DNA from: Octopus sinensis
Taxonomy: Eukaryota
Assembly (NCBI RefSeq): GCF_006345805.1
Contig: NC_043001.1
Coordinates: 122,078,001 to 122,142,000 of the forward strand
DNA: 64,000 nt
Direction of reading: 5' to 3'
A program made the translations under genes and the position numbers. This document shows, in pieces, positions 52,179 through 64,000 of the stretch (position 1 is its first letter; every line of letters begins with the position of its first letter). A model generated the notes under the pieces. That model saw only the letters and a program-made list of their open reading frames with translations. It had not been told where the DNA came from and did no database searches.

Positions 52179-53713
52179 GTGTGTGTGTGTGTAAATATGT
52201 ATGTGTGTATATATATATATATGTATGTATATATGTCTGTATATATATGTATATATGTCTGTATATATATATATATATTTCTGTGTGTATATATATATAT
52301 ATGTCTGTGTTTATATATATATATATGTCTATGTGTGTGTGTTTATATATATATATATATGTCTATGTGTGTGTGTGTGTTTATATATATATATATGTCT
52401 GTGTGTGTGTGTTTATATATATATATGTGTGTGTGTGTGTATATATATATGTATATAGGTGAAATTAAAATAAGCTTAGTGATTATGAAAGACTAATGCT
52501 CAAACAGATGAGACCTTGAGCTCCAACTTTATCTAGGGCCAGTGCCTGTCTCACCATTGAAAGTTAGCTGTAAGAATAATCCATATCGAGCTGTTATGGA
52601 GGTGATAAAGTAGATAAACACAGTTACGCTTGAAATATATATTTACATAGAACACAAAAATACAGATTACAGAATAAATAAAAGAAGAAAGCAAAATGGA
52701 AGAGAAGGATTATGAAAAGTCTTGACAGTTGTTTCAAGATGGCCATAAGTTATGTAATAACCATATTCATAAATAATATGCGGATGGTGCCCTAGGTATG
52801 TATCCTGTGACAAATCCTATGAAATTGCTAAAGTAAGCTAGCATCCCTTTCCAAGAGGTTATTACATAAGTTACATCCATCTTGAAACAGCTGTTGAGAT
52901 ATAATCCTTCTCTTCTGTTTTGTTTGACCTTCTTTTTGTTATCTGTGTTTTGTGCTCCATATATCTCAAGCCTAACTTTATAACTTCCTTACTACCTCTG
53001 TTTGTCTTTCTCCTACCCCATATATATATATATAATATATATATATTCGTTTAGAGTTTGTGTTATCCTCATGAAGGGATGGTTTCATCCAAGAAAATAC
53101 TGGTTCAATAACTAGTATTTTGGGGGAAGTAATTTTCCTAAAATGATAGGTATATATATATAAAAACTTAGTTTATATTCACATAAGAGAAGAAAAAGAT
53201 TTAGTCTGCTATAATGAATCCATAGACATATAAAACATACAAGGGTATATATACCTTTATATAAATATGTATATGCATGTGTGAGAATGTATATATGTGT
53301 AAGTGTATGTACTTTAAGTGGCCAGTGGTATAAATGTGGACAATTTAGACAAAGTTGTATCAAATACTATGTATGATATATTCTTGATTTATTGAAATGA
53401 TCTTCACTTCAAGATAAGAATAAAGAAATCCTCTGTTGCTATGGCATAGATGAGGAAGGGAGATAATTTCAATAACTTTAGAAATGTAATAAAATGGGGA
53501 CACTGTTATGGCAAAGAGAGTCTGATTGATCAGAGACAAGAGAATAACCATGAGATATATTTCGACATCAATAGGGCATTATCAGCACAGAAGTTGTTCC
53601 AATGAGACAACATGTGTGTATGTGTATATAAATATATGTATATTTTTATGTATTTATAAATAAGTATATGTGTGTGTGTGTGTGCATATATATGTATGTG
53701 TATGTATATGTGT

Positions 53714-54001
53714 GGAGGCGCAATGGCCCAGTGGTTAGGGTAGCGGACTCGTGGTCATAGGATCGCGGTTTCAATTCCCAGACCGGGTGTTGTGAGTGTT
53801 TATTGAATGAAAACACCTAAAAGCTCAACGAGGCTCTGGCAGGGGGTGGTGATGATCCCTGCTGTACTCTTTCACCACTCTTTTTTCTGTTGGCCTGCTC
53901 GCTTAGCCAGCAGGGTGGCGTCATTCAAAGGCTAAAACAATGCGAACGCATTGTGACCAGCAATGTGTAGCAACATCTGATGGTCTGGTCGGTCACGTGA
54001 T
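53714..54001 (+). mobile_element. tRNA-derived SINE family D
   Basis: ggaggcgcaatggcccagtggttaggg (A box TGGCCCAGTGG), ggtttcaattcc (B box), unique body ending ggtcggtcacgtga; embedded in (TA/TG)n. Confidence 0.85.
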
Positions 54002-55017
54002 GTGTATGTATATATGTACACACACACATATATATACTTATATGAGTGAGTGGGTAAATGAAAGAAGAAGCATTCAACACATTTGATTTGGTAGGGGTTG
54101 CATAAATTATTTTAAAAAATATTTTTTAAATATCATAATAATAATAAAAATAATCATATATGTCTTCTTTTGATTCTTGAAGTGGGATGTTGTATGATAG
54201 TTTCCCATTTCCTTACACAATTCTTTGCATTTATTTCAACTCTACGAGGTCCTTTGAGCTGTTGGCTAGTAGAGGGTACCCATAGTGCTGCATAATGTGG
54301 TCTGCTTCTCAACATTTACAGGTGTGTGGACCAGTCTTGCAGTCCCATTTGACCACAGTATCTATTGATCACTCAGTTCTTTATTTACAGGCAGTTATGT
54401 GTCTTCTACTAAATCCATGGTGTCTCTGAGACAGGAGAGAAGCCTCCAGAAAGTAGGGCTCCTGTATTGATTGGAAGAGGGTCATTATCAAGCTTTTCCA
54501 TCCAGATCTGGAGACATGTTTCTTCCCGAGAGGTTGTTGGGGTTTGGACATGACTGAGAAACTTTCTTGACTTTACTTGTTGGGCCAGAAGTTGACAACT
54601 ATAGAGGAGGCGGCATTCATCATTTGTATATATACATACACATACACTTGGATATATGTATGTATCCACATATAAATATATGTGTATGTAAGCATGTATA
54701 TGCATATATATGTATGTATAAATACATGTGTATTTATATATGTTTGTCTATACATATAGGTGTGTGCAGTTTTATGTATGTGCAAGCATGTCTGTGTGAT
54801 TCTGTCTGATTGTAAGCAAACATTTTGTTAGCATTTGTTTGCAATTTCCTGGGTAACTTATCCAAACTAAGGGGAAAATATAGCCTTGCTTGGAAAAAGG
54901 TACAGGCTGTTGAGAGGAAGACCATTTAGCTGCAATAAATAGGTCTCAAAGATGTCTCAAATGTGTCTGATTCATGCTAGCTTGGAAAAATAGGTGTTCA
55001 AATCATGATGATTATGC

Positions 55018-55361
55018 TCTCTGTGGCCATGCTGGAGCACTGCCTTTTAGTCAAAGAAATCGACCCCTGGACTTATTCTTTGTAAACCTGGTGCTTAGCC
55101 TATTGGTCTCTTTGGTGAACCGCTAAGTTACATGGACATAAACACACCAACATCAGTTGTCAAGTGATGGGGGACAAACACACACACACACACATATATG
55201 ATGGACTTCTTCCAGTTTCCGTCTACCAAATCCACTCACAAGGCTTTGGTCAGCCTAAGGCTATTGTAGAAGACTCTTGCCCAAGGTGCCCTGCAGCGGT
55301 TCTGAACCCTAAACCATGTGGTTGGGAAACAAGCTTCTTACCACACAGAGACACCTGCACC

Positions 55362-55363
<2 letters not shown>
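55018..55363 (-). mobile_element. SINE family B, near full length
   Basis: Reverse complement of family B with (CA)n linker. Confidence 0.88.
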
Positions 55364-55394
<31 letters not shown>

Positions 55395-55513
55395 CTATGA
55401 TGCATCATTACTCTTGTGGATTCCCAGGTCAATGCATCAGCTGTCACTCTGGGATTGTATTACCTTTGTTCCTGTGTATTCTGATTGCAATCTGTGGGCT
55501 TATTGTGGAACCC

Positions 55514-55938
55514 TTTTTTTTTTTTAAGTATCAGCTCAGAGCTGCAGCCATGCTGATGCACTGCCGTTTTGCGCTACACTGTTATTACTAGGAGCCTCCT
55601 CTAATATATGACACTTGATGAAGAATGGAATTTGATATAGCTACCCTCATTTGCACCTCTTGCCGTGAGGTGGGCTCATCTGGGACTCTCGACAGGAAGA
55701 GGTCCAACTTTGATTTAAAAGCCCCTACATCTACTTTGTGCAAGTTCCTCAGACTCTTTGGGAGAATATTAAAAAGCTGTGGGCCCCTGAAACCCAGGCT
55801 GCTCCAGTAACTGGTCCTGAAGCGTAATGGCATTGCTGGGATCTTTGGCACTTGAAAATTTTTAGCTTTGAACTGCATGTTATTTTCTTCTGCCCACTTG
55901 TATATTGCATTCAGGTCATTTTGTAGTTTTACGTTTTC
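55514..55938 (-). mobile_element. CR1-clade LINE 3' end with internal deletion and poly(A)
   Basis: LQNDLNAIYKWAEENNMQF (RT thumb) fused to RFRTSYWSSLGFRGPQLFNILPKSLRN...FKSKLDLFLSRVPDEP; short 3' UTR; A-tail at 55514-55525 (T-run on +). Confidence 0.88.
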
Positions 55939-56296
55939 ATAAGTGTGTGTGTGTGAGAGAGAGAGAGAGAAAGAAAGAAAAAGAAATTGGTTGTGTATCA
56001 GAGTCAAAATAAGAGCATTTATCCATATGAATATCGTGAGGACGTATAATATCATTCAATATTGATCATATAACAAATGCTGGCCATGAATCTGAGTTTT
56101 GTGTAAAAACTGATGCTCTACACTCTTCAGATGGCATATTAGGGTTTTAAGTTGAACACTGTAGTGTTTACCTTAAATCCATAGCATGTTATCCTGTTGA
56201 GCACTAGGCATCGGCTATACATGAGATTCAGTGTCATAGCAATTGTTTGTTAGTAGGATCGTCATTAAACTAGTATATATATATATATATATATGT

Positions 56297-56447
56297 GTGT
56301 ATATTTAGAGTTAAAACCACTAGGTGGATAACCATATGGTAGAAGAATATCACATACGATCTAACTACAAAGAAAGAATGTTCTCCAGAGAAAATCTTTT
56401 TCTAGCATATGGTTATCCACCTAGTGGTTTTAACTCTAGATATACAC
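56297..56447. repeat. Inverted repeat, about 49-bp arms (MITE-like hairpin)
   Basis: tagagttaaaaccactaggtggataaccatatg pairs perfectly with catatggttatccacctagtggttttaactcta; spacer of about 55 nt. Confidence 0.9.
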
Positions 56448-57079
56448 GTGTATTGAAATTTTTTTCTGATTCTTCAGATTTTTATATGCTAGGCTACTGG
56501 TTTTAAATTGATATTAATTAAATTAGTATTCAATTTATCTCCCTCATTATTTAAATTATATATATATACGTATATATATATATATATAACTTTTATATCC
56601 AGTCAACTTTATGTACGTAACTTAATGCATATGTACATATATAAATTAGTAGATATCTGTAATTTTTATATGTATATCAATAACATATATGTGTGTATAT
56701 AATCATTGAAACTGATCATGTATATCTGTGTATGTGTGCATCAGTGTTTTTCTTTCATATTTCTTAATATTTAGATATGACATTATTTTAATTAGAAATG
56801 GCTGAGATTTAACTCTCAGTTCTTCATCCATTTTTGGTCTTACCTTATCTTTTTGTATTTTCATTCGTCTGATATTCTATCTATGGAATATTTACGATGT
56901 TATCTGTGTAATTCATGAAAACAAGGTCATCTCATTATTCTTACTTGATTTGATTTTGAAAGTATTTGACTCATGGCTATGAATCACCAAAATTTATCTT
57001 AGATTTTTGTTTGGAACACATTCTTCATTAATAATTATGAACGCTATTCAGATTTTTAATATTGATAATTTCATGTTTG

Positions 57080-57590
57080 TGTTTTGGTTTACAAAATTTT
57101 TGATGTCAAATCATGCATTGAAACAGGCTTTACTGTATTTTGGGAGGGTCAATATACCAATAATAAACACATGCTGGTTCTATTACACTTCTTTTATTAT
57201 TATTAGTCAACTAGTTAATTACTTAATCAATTAACTAATTGATTGTTTAGTCAATCAATCAATCAGCTAGGTTCATCAGAGTCCTTTAAGCCCCATTTGC
57301 AATCTCTTCAATGACATGTTCTCTATACACCAGGCTGGTTTCCTTGTCTACAGATTTGAGGTTAAGTTTTCCTACTTGGAGCAGACTTGGATTAGAGAGG
57401 ACTTGGATTAGAGAGGACTCGGATTAGAAGCTGCAAGAGTTGATGTAAAGTCTTTGATGAACTAGCTGATTCATTGATTGACTGAGCTGTGAATTAGCTA
57501 ATTAACTGGTTAATTACTTGACTATTAATAATAAAAGAAGTGAAGCAGAACCAATGCATGCGTTTTTATTGACATAATGACCTTCCCAAG
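57080..57590. repeat. Old repeat with internal palindrome, copy 2
   Basis: Inverted ends ctggttctattacacttcttttattatt / aataataaaagaagtgaagcagaacc (57174-57554); homologous to 35640-36115. Confidence 0.7.
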
Positions 57591-57988
57591 ACATAGCATA
57601 ACATTAACAAGTTTACATGTAAATAGCTAAATTTAAGTATTGACTAGCTTAACAATATTTCCTTCCCACAGACAATACTTACACTCTAATTTAGTATTGG
57701 AAACATTTTAAAAAGCAATTTTCTTATGTATTTTGTTGTATTTTTTAAGCCTGTATTAGATGAAGCTAGATGTCAAGAGGAAACTGGTAAGGTAGAATGT
57801 TTAGGTCACAGAGGCTCTTTTGTTAAATAGTAACTTCTAATATCTATGTGTTAACCTTATTCTCAGACATCTCTATAAAGATCATTGCTGTGCTGTCACT
57901 GATGCTGCTATTGCCCTAATTGCAGCTACTGTTGCAGTAGCGGTACTGCTAAACTTCTCCCCTTTGAAGACCTGTCCTTGTATTTCAG

Positions 57989-58162
57989 TACACAACGATG
58001 CAGACCGAAAAGCACTGGGACCCTTTGCTGCCAGTTATATGTGAAGTTGTGCCGTCACCATCACCACCACCACCACCACCAATCTCAACAACACCACCAC
58101 CAACTCCACCACCTCCGCCGCCACCACCACCACCAATGCCAATCCCTTTACCCAATCCCTAG
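57989..58162 (+). CDS. ttyh: Last exon, distal isoform (YTTMQTEKHWDPLLPVICEVVPSPSPPPPPPISTTPPPTPPPPPPPPPPMPIPLPNP*)
   Basis: ctgtccttgtatttcag acceptor; phase 0 TAC completes SPPPAYTT; Pro frame kept through synonymous CCA/CCT/CCG changes; GC-rich island; AATAAA near 59014-59100. Confidence 0.6.
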   Translation, partial: YTTMQTEKHWDPLLPVICEVVPSPSPPPPPPISTTPPPTPPPPPPPPPPMPIPLPNP

Positions 58163-58249
58163 CCAGAACCGATGGTCAGCCAGGTTTGAAGGGAAAGGGG
58201 TAGATTTTTCTTGCACAATTCTCTCCCTTTCGAAATTCTTATGCCTATA

Positions 58250-58282
<33 letters not shown>

Positions 58283-59349
58283 CATATATATACATATATA
58301 TATATGACAGACAGACACAAGCACATACACACACAGTCCCCAACTTAATTGGTAACCTCTGTTCTAAGTTGAATCTTTTAATTTCTATTGATTTTTAAAG
58401 ATATTCTTAAGACATTTCTGCTTCCCACTTAATAAGGGTTATCTATAATGCAATAATTTCATCGGGTATCAAGGCATTTTATAATACACTAACGTCCATC
58501 AGATTTTAAGGGCATTATAAAACGCTAACTTTCATCAGATACCAATCGCATTTATAATACTAATTTCATCATCTTTCAATTTATAAAATATTATTCATTT
58601 TTTTAACATAATTTCATCCGATATTTCATCAGAGTTCACCAATCATTATTTAAATATCTGTATTGTATATCCAAGGAAGTTAACATTTTAATCTTCATCA
58701 AAGCCAGGGACTGTTTGCGTATATGTTGGTGTACTTTGCTATATTGTGTCTTTATATGTATATGAATATGTGTATGTGTGTGTGAATGTGTGTAAATACA
58801 CATATGTATATATACACATATATCGAACAGGAGATTGTGATTGTGTATCAGATATTTTTTTTCACTCCTGTAATCTCTATTTTAAACAAACGAGTTTTAC
58901 ATATGCAATCAATGTGCGCAATTCCTTTCACTCGAAATTGAATTCTTCAGCTTTTGAGGGGAAAAAAAAATTATAAATTTTAAAATTTAACATTTATAAA
59001 TTCAGTTCAAAAATAAATAATAAAAAGTTGTTGCTGCCTAGAGATTATAGTTGCTGAAATAACATCACATATCTCTTGAGATGACGGTAATAAATAAATC
59101 AATCAACATTTTCTTTTATAGCCATGCATGTTTCAGATATTATATAGTGTGTGTGTCCGTGTGTCCATATATATATATATATATCTATATATATATGCAT
59201 ATATATATATGCATATATATATATATATATAATATATATATACACACACACATACATACCAAAATACATATGTACATAAATATACATACATACACACATG
59301 TACACACTCGCATGAATTTGTATGCTTGAATTTGTAAGTTCTACAGTGA

Positions 59350-59404
59350 TTTTAATCTTTCTATATTTTAACATATACATACATGTATATATATATATAT
59401 ATAT

Positions 59405-59436
<32 letters not shown>

Positions 59437-59541
59437 GTATATATATATGTATACACATACATTTATATATATAAATGTGTATATATATATATATAATATA
59501 TATATGTATATGTATATATGTGTATATATACATATATCTAT

Positions 59542-59572
<31 letters not shown>

Positions 59573-59838
59573 AATGTATACTTATATATGTATACACATA
59601 CATTTATATATATGTAAATGTGTATATATATATATATATAAATGTATACATATATATGTATACACATACATTTATATATATGTAAATGTGTATATATATA
59701 TATATATAAATGTATACATATATATGTATACACATACATTTATATATATGTAAATGTGTATATATACATATAGATATATAAATGTATACATATATATGTA
59801 TACACATACATTTATATATATATGTAAATGTGTATATA

Positions 59839-59877
<39 letters not shown>

Positions 59878-60626
59878 TACTCACACGTATATATATATAA
59901 ATATATATATGTATGTATATATATTTATATAGTACATATATACATGTATTTTATGTATGTATGTATCTATGTATGAATATGTATGTATATACTGGAAGAA
60001 ATATATTTTGTTGATCATCTGCAATACATATATTATTCAGCAACATAATTTTCATAATATCATAATATCATGCTGCCATTGTTATAATTTTTTTAAACTC
60101 TCAATATTTCTGCTGCTCCGATATCATTTCCTTGTATTCACTATTTCACTCTAAGTGTGTATATGTGTGTGTGCGTGTGTGTGTGTTTGTGTGTATGTAT
60201 AGTCATATATATACACTATGTATATATATATTCCTATACATATGTGCATATATGTATATATATATATATATACAAATACATATGTGTATATGTATATATA
60301 CAGATATATATATACATATATCTATATATATATGTATATGTACACATATGTGTATATATACATATGTATATATATATATATATGTATATATATGTGTATA
60401 TATACATATGTATATATATATGTATATATATGTGTATATGTATATATATGTGTATATGTATATATATATGTGTATATATATATATATGTATATATATGTG
60501 TATATGTATATATATGTGTATATGTATATATATGTGTATATGTATATATATGTGTATATATACATATATATGTATATATATATATATATAATATATATAT
60601 ATATATGTATATGTATATATATGTGA

Positions 60627-60658
<32 letters not shown>

Positions 60659-60810
60659 GTATATGTATATATGTGAATATATACATATATATATATATAT
60701 ATATATGTATATGTATATATATGTGAATATATACATATATATATATATAATATATATATGTATATGTATATATATGTGAATATTACATATATATATATAT
60801 ATATATGTAT
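59350..60810. repeat. Two blocks of TA/TG satellite with higher-order units
   Basis: Unit of about 60 nt (gtaaatgtg...aatgtatacat...cacatacattt) about 4 times at 59560-59830; unit of about 45-50 nt containing gtgaatatatac about 4 times at 60608-60800. Confidence 0.9.
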
Positions 60811-61570
60811 GAGTACATGTTATCAGTGATTGAGTAAAAGATTTAGAAATAGTTGTCTGTTTGGTGCCAAACCATTTTAGCATGGAGCGGGTGTATTGTT
60901 GATGTCATGTGAATGTAACTGACTGAAATAAATTAAAAAAAAATATAAAATTATATAAATATATATACATCATCTAGAAGTGAGAGACTGTTGTTACAAA
61001 TGAAAAGAAACCTCTTTTACTATTATTACTGTTGTTGTTGTTGTTGTTGTTTTTGTTCTGTGCATGTATGAAAAGCATAGTAATGTTTTTTCCTCCCTTC
61101 TCTTGTTCTTGTTCTTGTTCTTCTTCTTTCTCCTTCTTAATCCTTTTTTAAATTTAAATCTAAGTTTGTATTTTTCTATTTGAAATATTTGTTTAAAATT
61201 GTTTTTTGGTTATTCAATAAACAAGCCTACCTGAAGTAATAATAAAAAAATTGTGTATAAGATTTGATATTTTATTAAGAAATTGTATCATACACACTCC
61301 TAAACCTGCTTCTTTTGTAGAAATTTCCATTTTTTTTTTTGTCTAATCCGTCTTCTTTTTCCTGAATTCTTTAAATGTTTTTGTTTTTTAACAAACTGAA
61401 AACAAACAGCAGAAAAAATGTTTTGTTTTCTTGTTTTCAACAAGCCGAATTTCAATGGTGTAACTGAACATGCTTCTACGTATGCAGATAGCTACGTAGA
61501 TATGTGTGGATGTTGATACACACACACACACACACACACACATGTATACACATATATACATATATATATA

Positions 61571-62774
61571 TTAGGTTGTCCAGAAAATTCTGAGTGTTTT
61601 TTTTAATATGCAAAAAAGAATATAAATAATTGACCTTTGCCCATCCACCAGACAATTTAAATATTCCATCAAGATAAAATTTTGAAGAAAATAGTTATCT
61701 AGGTGCATTTTGATTCCATCTAAATTGTTAATGTTTTTCCTTGCAATGAGTTCTGTGGAGACAAAAACAAGTGGTAATCAGATGGTGCAATATCAGGAGA
61801 ATATGGTGGATGGGGTAAGAGATCTCAGCCAAGTTCTTTGGGTAGCCAAAGACAGACGTAGTCGGGCATTGTCCTGTTAGAACACTACCCCTTTCCTGTT
61901 GGCAATCTCTGGCCTCAATTCTTTGATATTTTTTTGTTCAAATTAGCCAGCTGACAACAGTACACATCAAAAGAAATGATCTGGTTTTGTGGGAAAAGCG
62001 CATAATAAATAATACATTTATGATCCCACTAAACCCAAAGCATAACGTTTTTGGCATGGATATTTGTCTTTGGTTGCTGTTTTGAGGGATCTTTACGCAA
62101 ACTCCAGGATCTTTGTCACTCTGCGTTTTTGTACACAATCTATTTTTCATCTCCAGTCACAAGTTGTTTAAAAAAAGGTATGCTTTCATTCCTTTTCAAA
62201 AGCATATCAAAAACGGAATATTGGTCCAAGCAATTCTTTTCTGAGAGTTTGCGAGGGACTCATACATTATAGCAAAAAATGTATCCTGCCTTCACTAGGT
62301 GTTCATGAGCCGTACTTTTAGAAGCATCTAACTTTTCTCTGCGAGTTCTCTAGTCATGATATTCATTTTCTCCAATTTTTGCCTTCAAAAAATCTTCAAT
62401 TTTGAAGGTCTTCCATTGCGACTGTCAATTACCAAGCTAAACTTTCCAGCTTTAAATGTTGCAAACCACCTTCGTGCAGTTGGTTCACCTACAGCATAAA
62501 CTTCACAAATGCTTTTGCAAATCTTTGTAGCATTTTCTCCTTTTTTTAAAAAAGAAAAGCATTACAACACAAATATGAAATGTTTGGTTATCCATTTCAA
62601 ATATCAATAAAGGGTAACTGGAATGAAAGATAGATCTGGTTTTAGTCAAGAACAAAGAGATGAACTACCACTTCAAGCTATGCCAAAGTTTTAACCGTGT
62701 GACGTTTCAGGTGTGTTCAATGAAGCCTTAAAAGATTTAGCTTAAAAACGCTCAGAACTTTCTGGATAACCTAA
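61571..62774 (-). mobile_element. Full-length mariner (DD34D) transposon with pseudogenised transposase
   Basis: TA|TTAGGTTGTCCAGAAAATTCTGAGTGTTTTT ... AAAAACGCTCAGAACTTTCTGGATAACCTAA|TA (28/31). Minus strand ATG at 62595 (MDNQTFHI...ARRWFATFKAG), QDNAR and HPPYSPDIAPSDYHLF motifs; stops and frameshifts. Confidence 0.95.
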
Positions 62775-64000
62775 TACATATATATATACACACACACAAA
62801 CATATATACATATGTGCTTATGTATCTATGTATGTATGTGTGCATATATGTATACATACACATATATACACTCACAACACACATACACACATATATATAT
62901 ACACATACATATAATGTACTTCTACTTATATGTGTATATATATATAACACACACACACACACATATATAAATATATATATATGATACATATGTGTATGTA
63001 TATATAAAACATACATACATACATACATACATATATATGTGTGTGTGCATGTCTGTGTCTTTGTATACACACACGCACATGTATATATTTATGTATATAT
63101 GGTGTAGATAAGGTGTTCTAGTGAAGTAAAAATTCTTAACTGAAGAATTTTAAAAAATCTATTCCAATCATTTGTCAAGAATACTGATATTGCATCTTTT
63201 TATAACTTAAGAGACTTTCTCCTTTCACCTTGATTCTTAGTTGACAATATTCCACTGAAGAGACACTAGTGACCGATATGGAAAGACAATCTGTTTCCAT
63301 TGGTAGATAAATTTTGAATTTTCATATTTCATTATGGATTTTCAATGAAACCTTTCATTCTTTAAAATAACACAGCAACTTTCTTCATTATCTCCACCCA
63401 GAAAGGTAAATCGCCATAAATTCCATGTCAGAACTACACATGTTGGTACTTCTCTTCCTCTTGTAACAATTAATTATACAAGAATATGTAAGTCAGTGCT
63501 GTTTCTTGTTCCAACCAAAAGAAGTTTTACAAGGACTTCCCAAACCACTTATGGATTGATTCTTTCATTGGAAATAACATACATGCATCTACAAACTGTT
63601 CCTTCTTCACACATTCTGAAGACAGCTTTCAACCTCAGTATTATCTTTGGGAGATTTATCTTCTACTACTTACATACATCCAAATTAGCATTAATCGTGT
63701 TTACATAGGATGAATGGAACGTGAGAAAAGTTTGGACATTAAAAAAATCAAAATAAAAAGCAAAACTAAAACAAAACAATTGTTTCCTATCAGACAAAGA
63801 ATATTATGTCAGGTATTCTAAATTTTCATTTTTTTTTTCTATATTTGATTTCTTCTGAGTTGATACAAGTATTCAGAAAACAAGTTTGTATTCTTAAATA
63901 CACTCTGGATCAGATTAGGATGAAAAACACCCGACATCTGTCCTTTCGTTGTATCACAGTTCATATTTTGTTTTTATTGAACTAAAAAGAAAAAAAATCA

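Noticed and set aside
53714-53790. tRNA gene, and likewise the heads of families A and B
   Set aside because: A and B boxes are present but there is no cloverleaf or acceptor stem, and they continue into SINE bodies.
54240-54620. Possible exon after tttatttacag (GSYVSSTK...GLLY*)
   Set aside because: The block looks more like an old retroelement fragment and has no independent support.
57978-58307. Poly-His ORF from the track
   Set aside because: The TTG start lies in the acceptor tract. The phase-0 poly-Pro frame fits the upstream exon and completes PPAY.
63130-63720. Possible transposase or LINE remnant
   Set aside because: No diagnostic motif recognised in any frame.

Overview
Eukaryotic, very AT-rich, microsatellite-saturated DNA. 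The SINE repertoire resembles what I recall from octopod cephalopods (Octopus); this is recall, not a database hit. There are no prokaryotic features, and almost all ORFs in the supplied track are translations of (TA)n/(CA)n repeats. The window appears to hold the 3' end of one + strand gene with very long introns. Exon 2582-2704 splices in frame (phase 2) to exon 30218-30293, giving LVYYPVDDTDPFLPRPPPYSYGTLPTAPNDPFQVDVRRSYLSESVAGSEETVPRRPGQYTESPPPA. This resembles the cytoplasmic tail of Tweety-homolog (TTYH) proteins (DDxDPF motif, SPPPxY Nedd4-binding PY motif). The best lead is that the second PY motif is split by an intron (PPPA|Y) and is followed by several candidate alternative last exons spread over 28 kb. 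Two of them (39520 and 57989) start with TAC and complete PPAY; the others remove it, and one path could add a hydrophobic helix. The introns contain at least four tRNA-SINE types, CR1- and RTE-type LINE remnants, a full-length decayed mariner, piggyBac- and Tigger-type MITEs, a Helentron-type HINE, Penelope-type ends with hammerhead-like cores, several long fold-back palindromes and a 2.6-kb TA-based satellite. Repeat boundaries are approximate and read by eye. All splice models are inferred from sequence and need RNA-seq.
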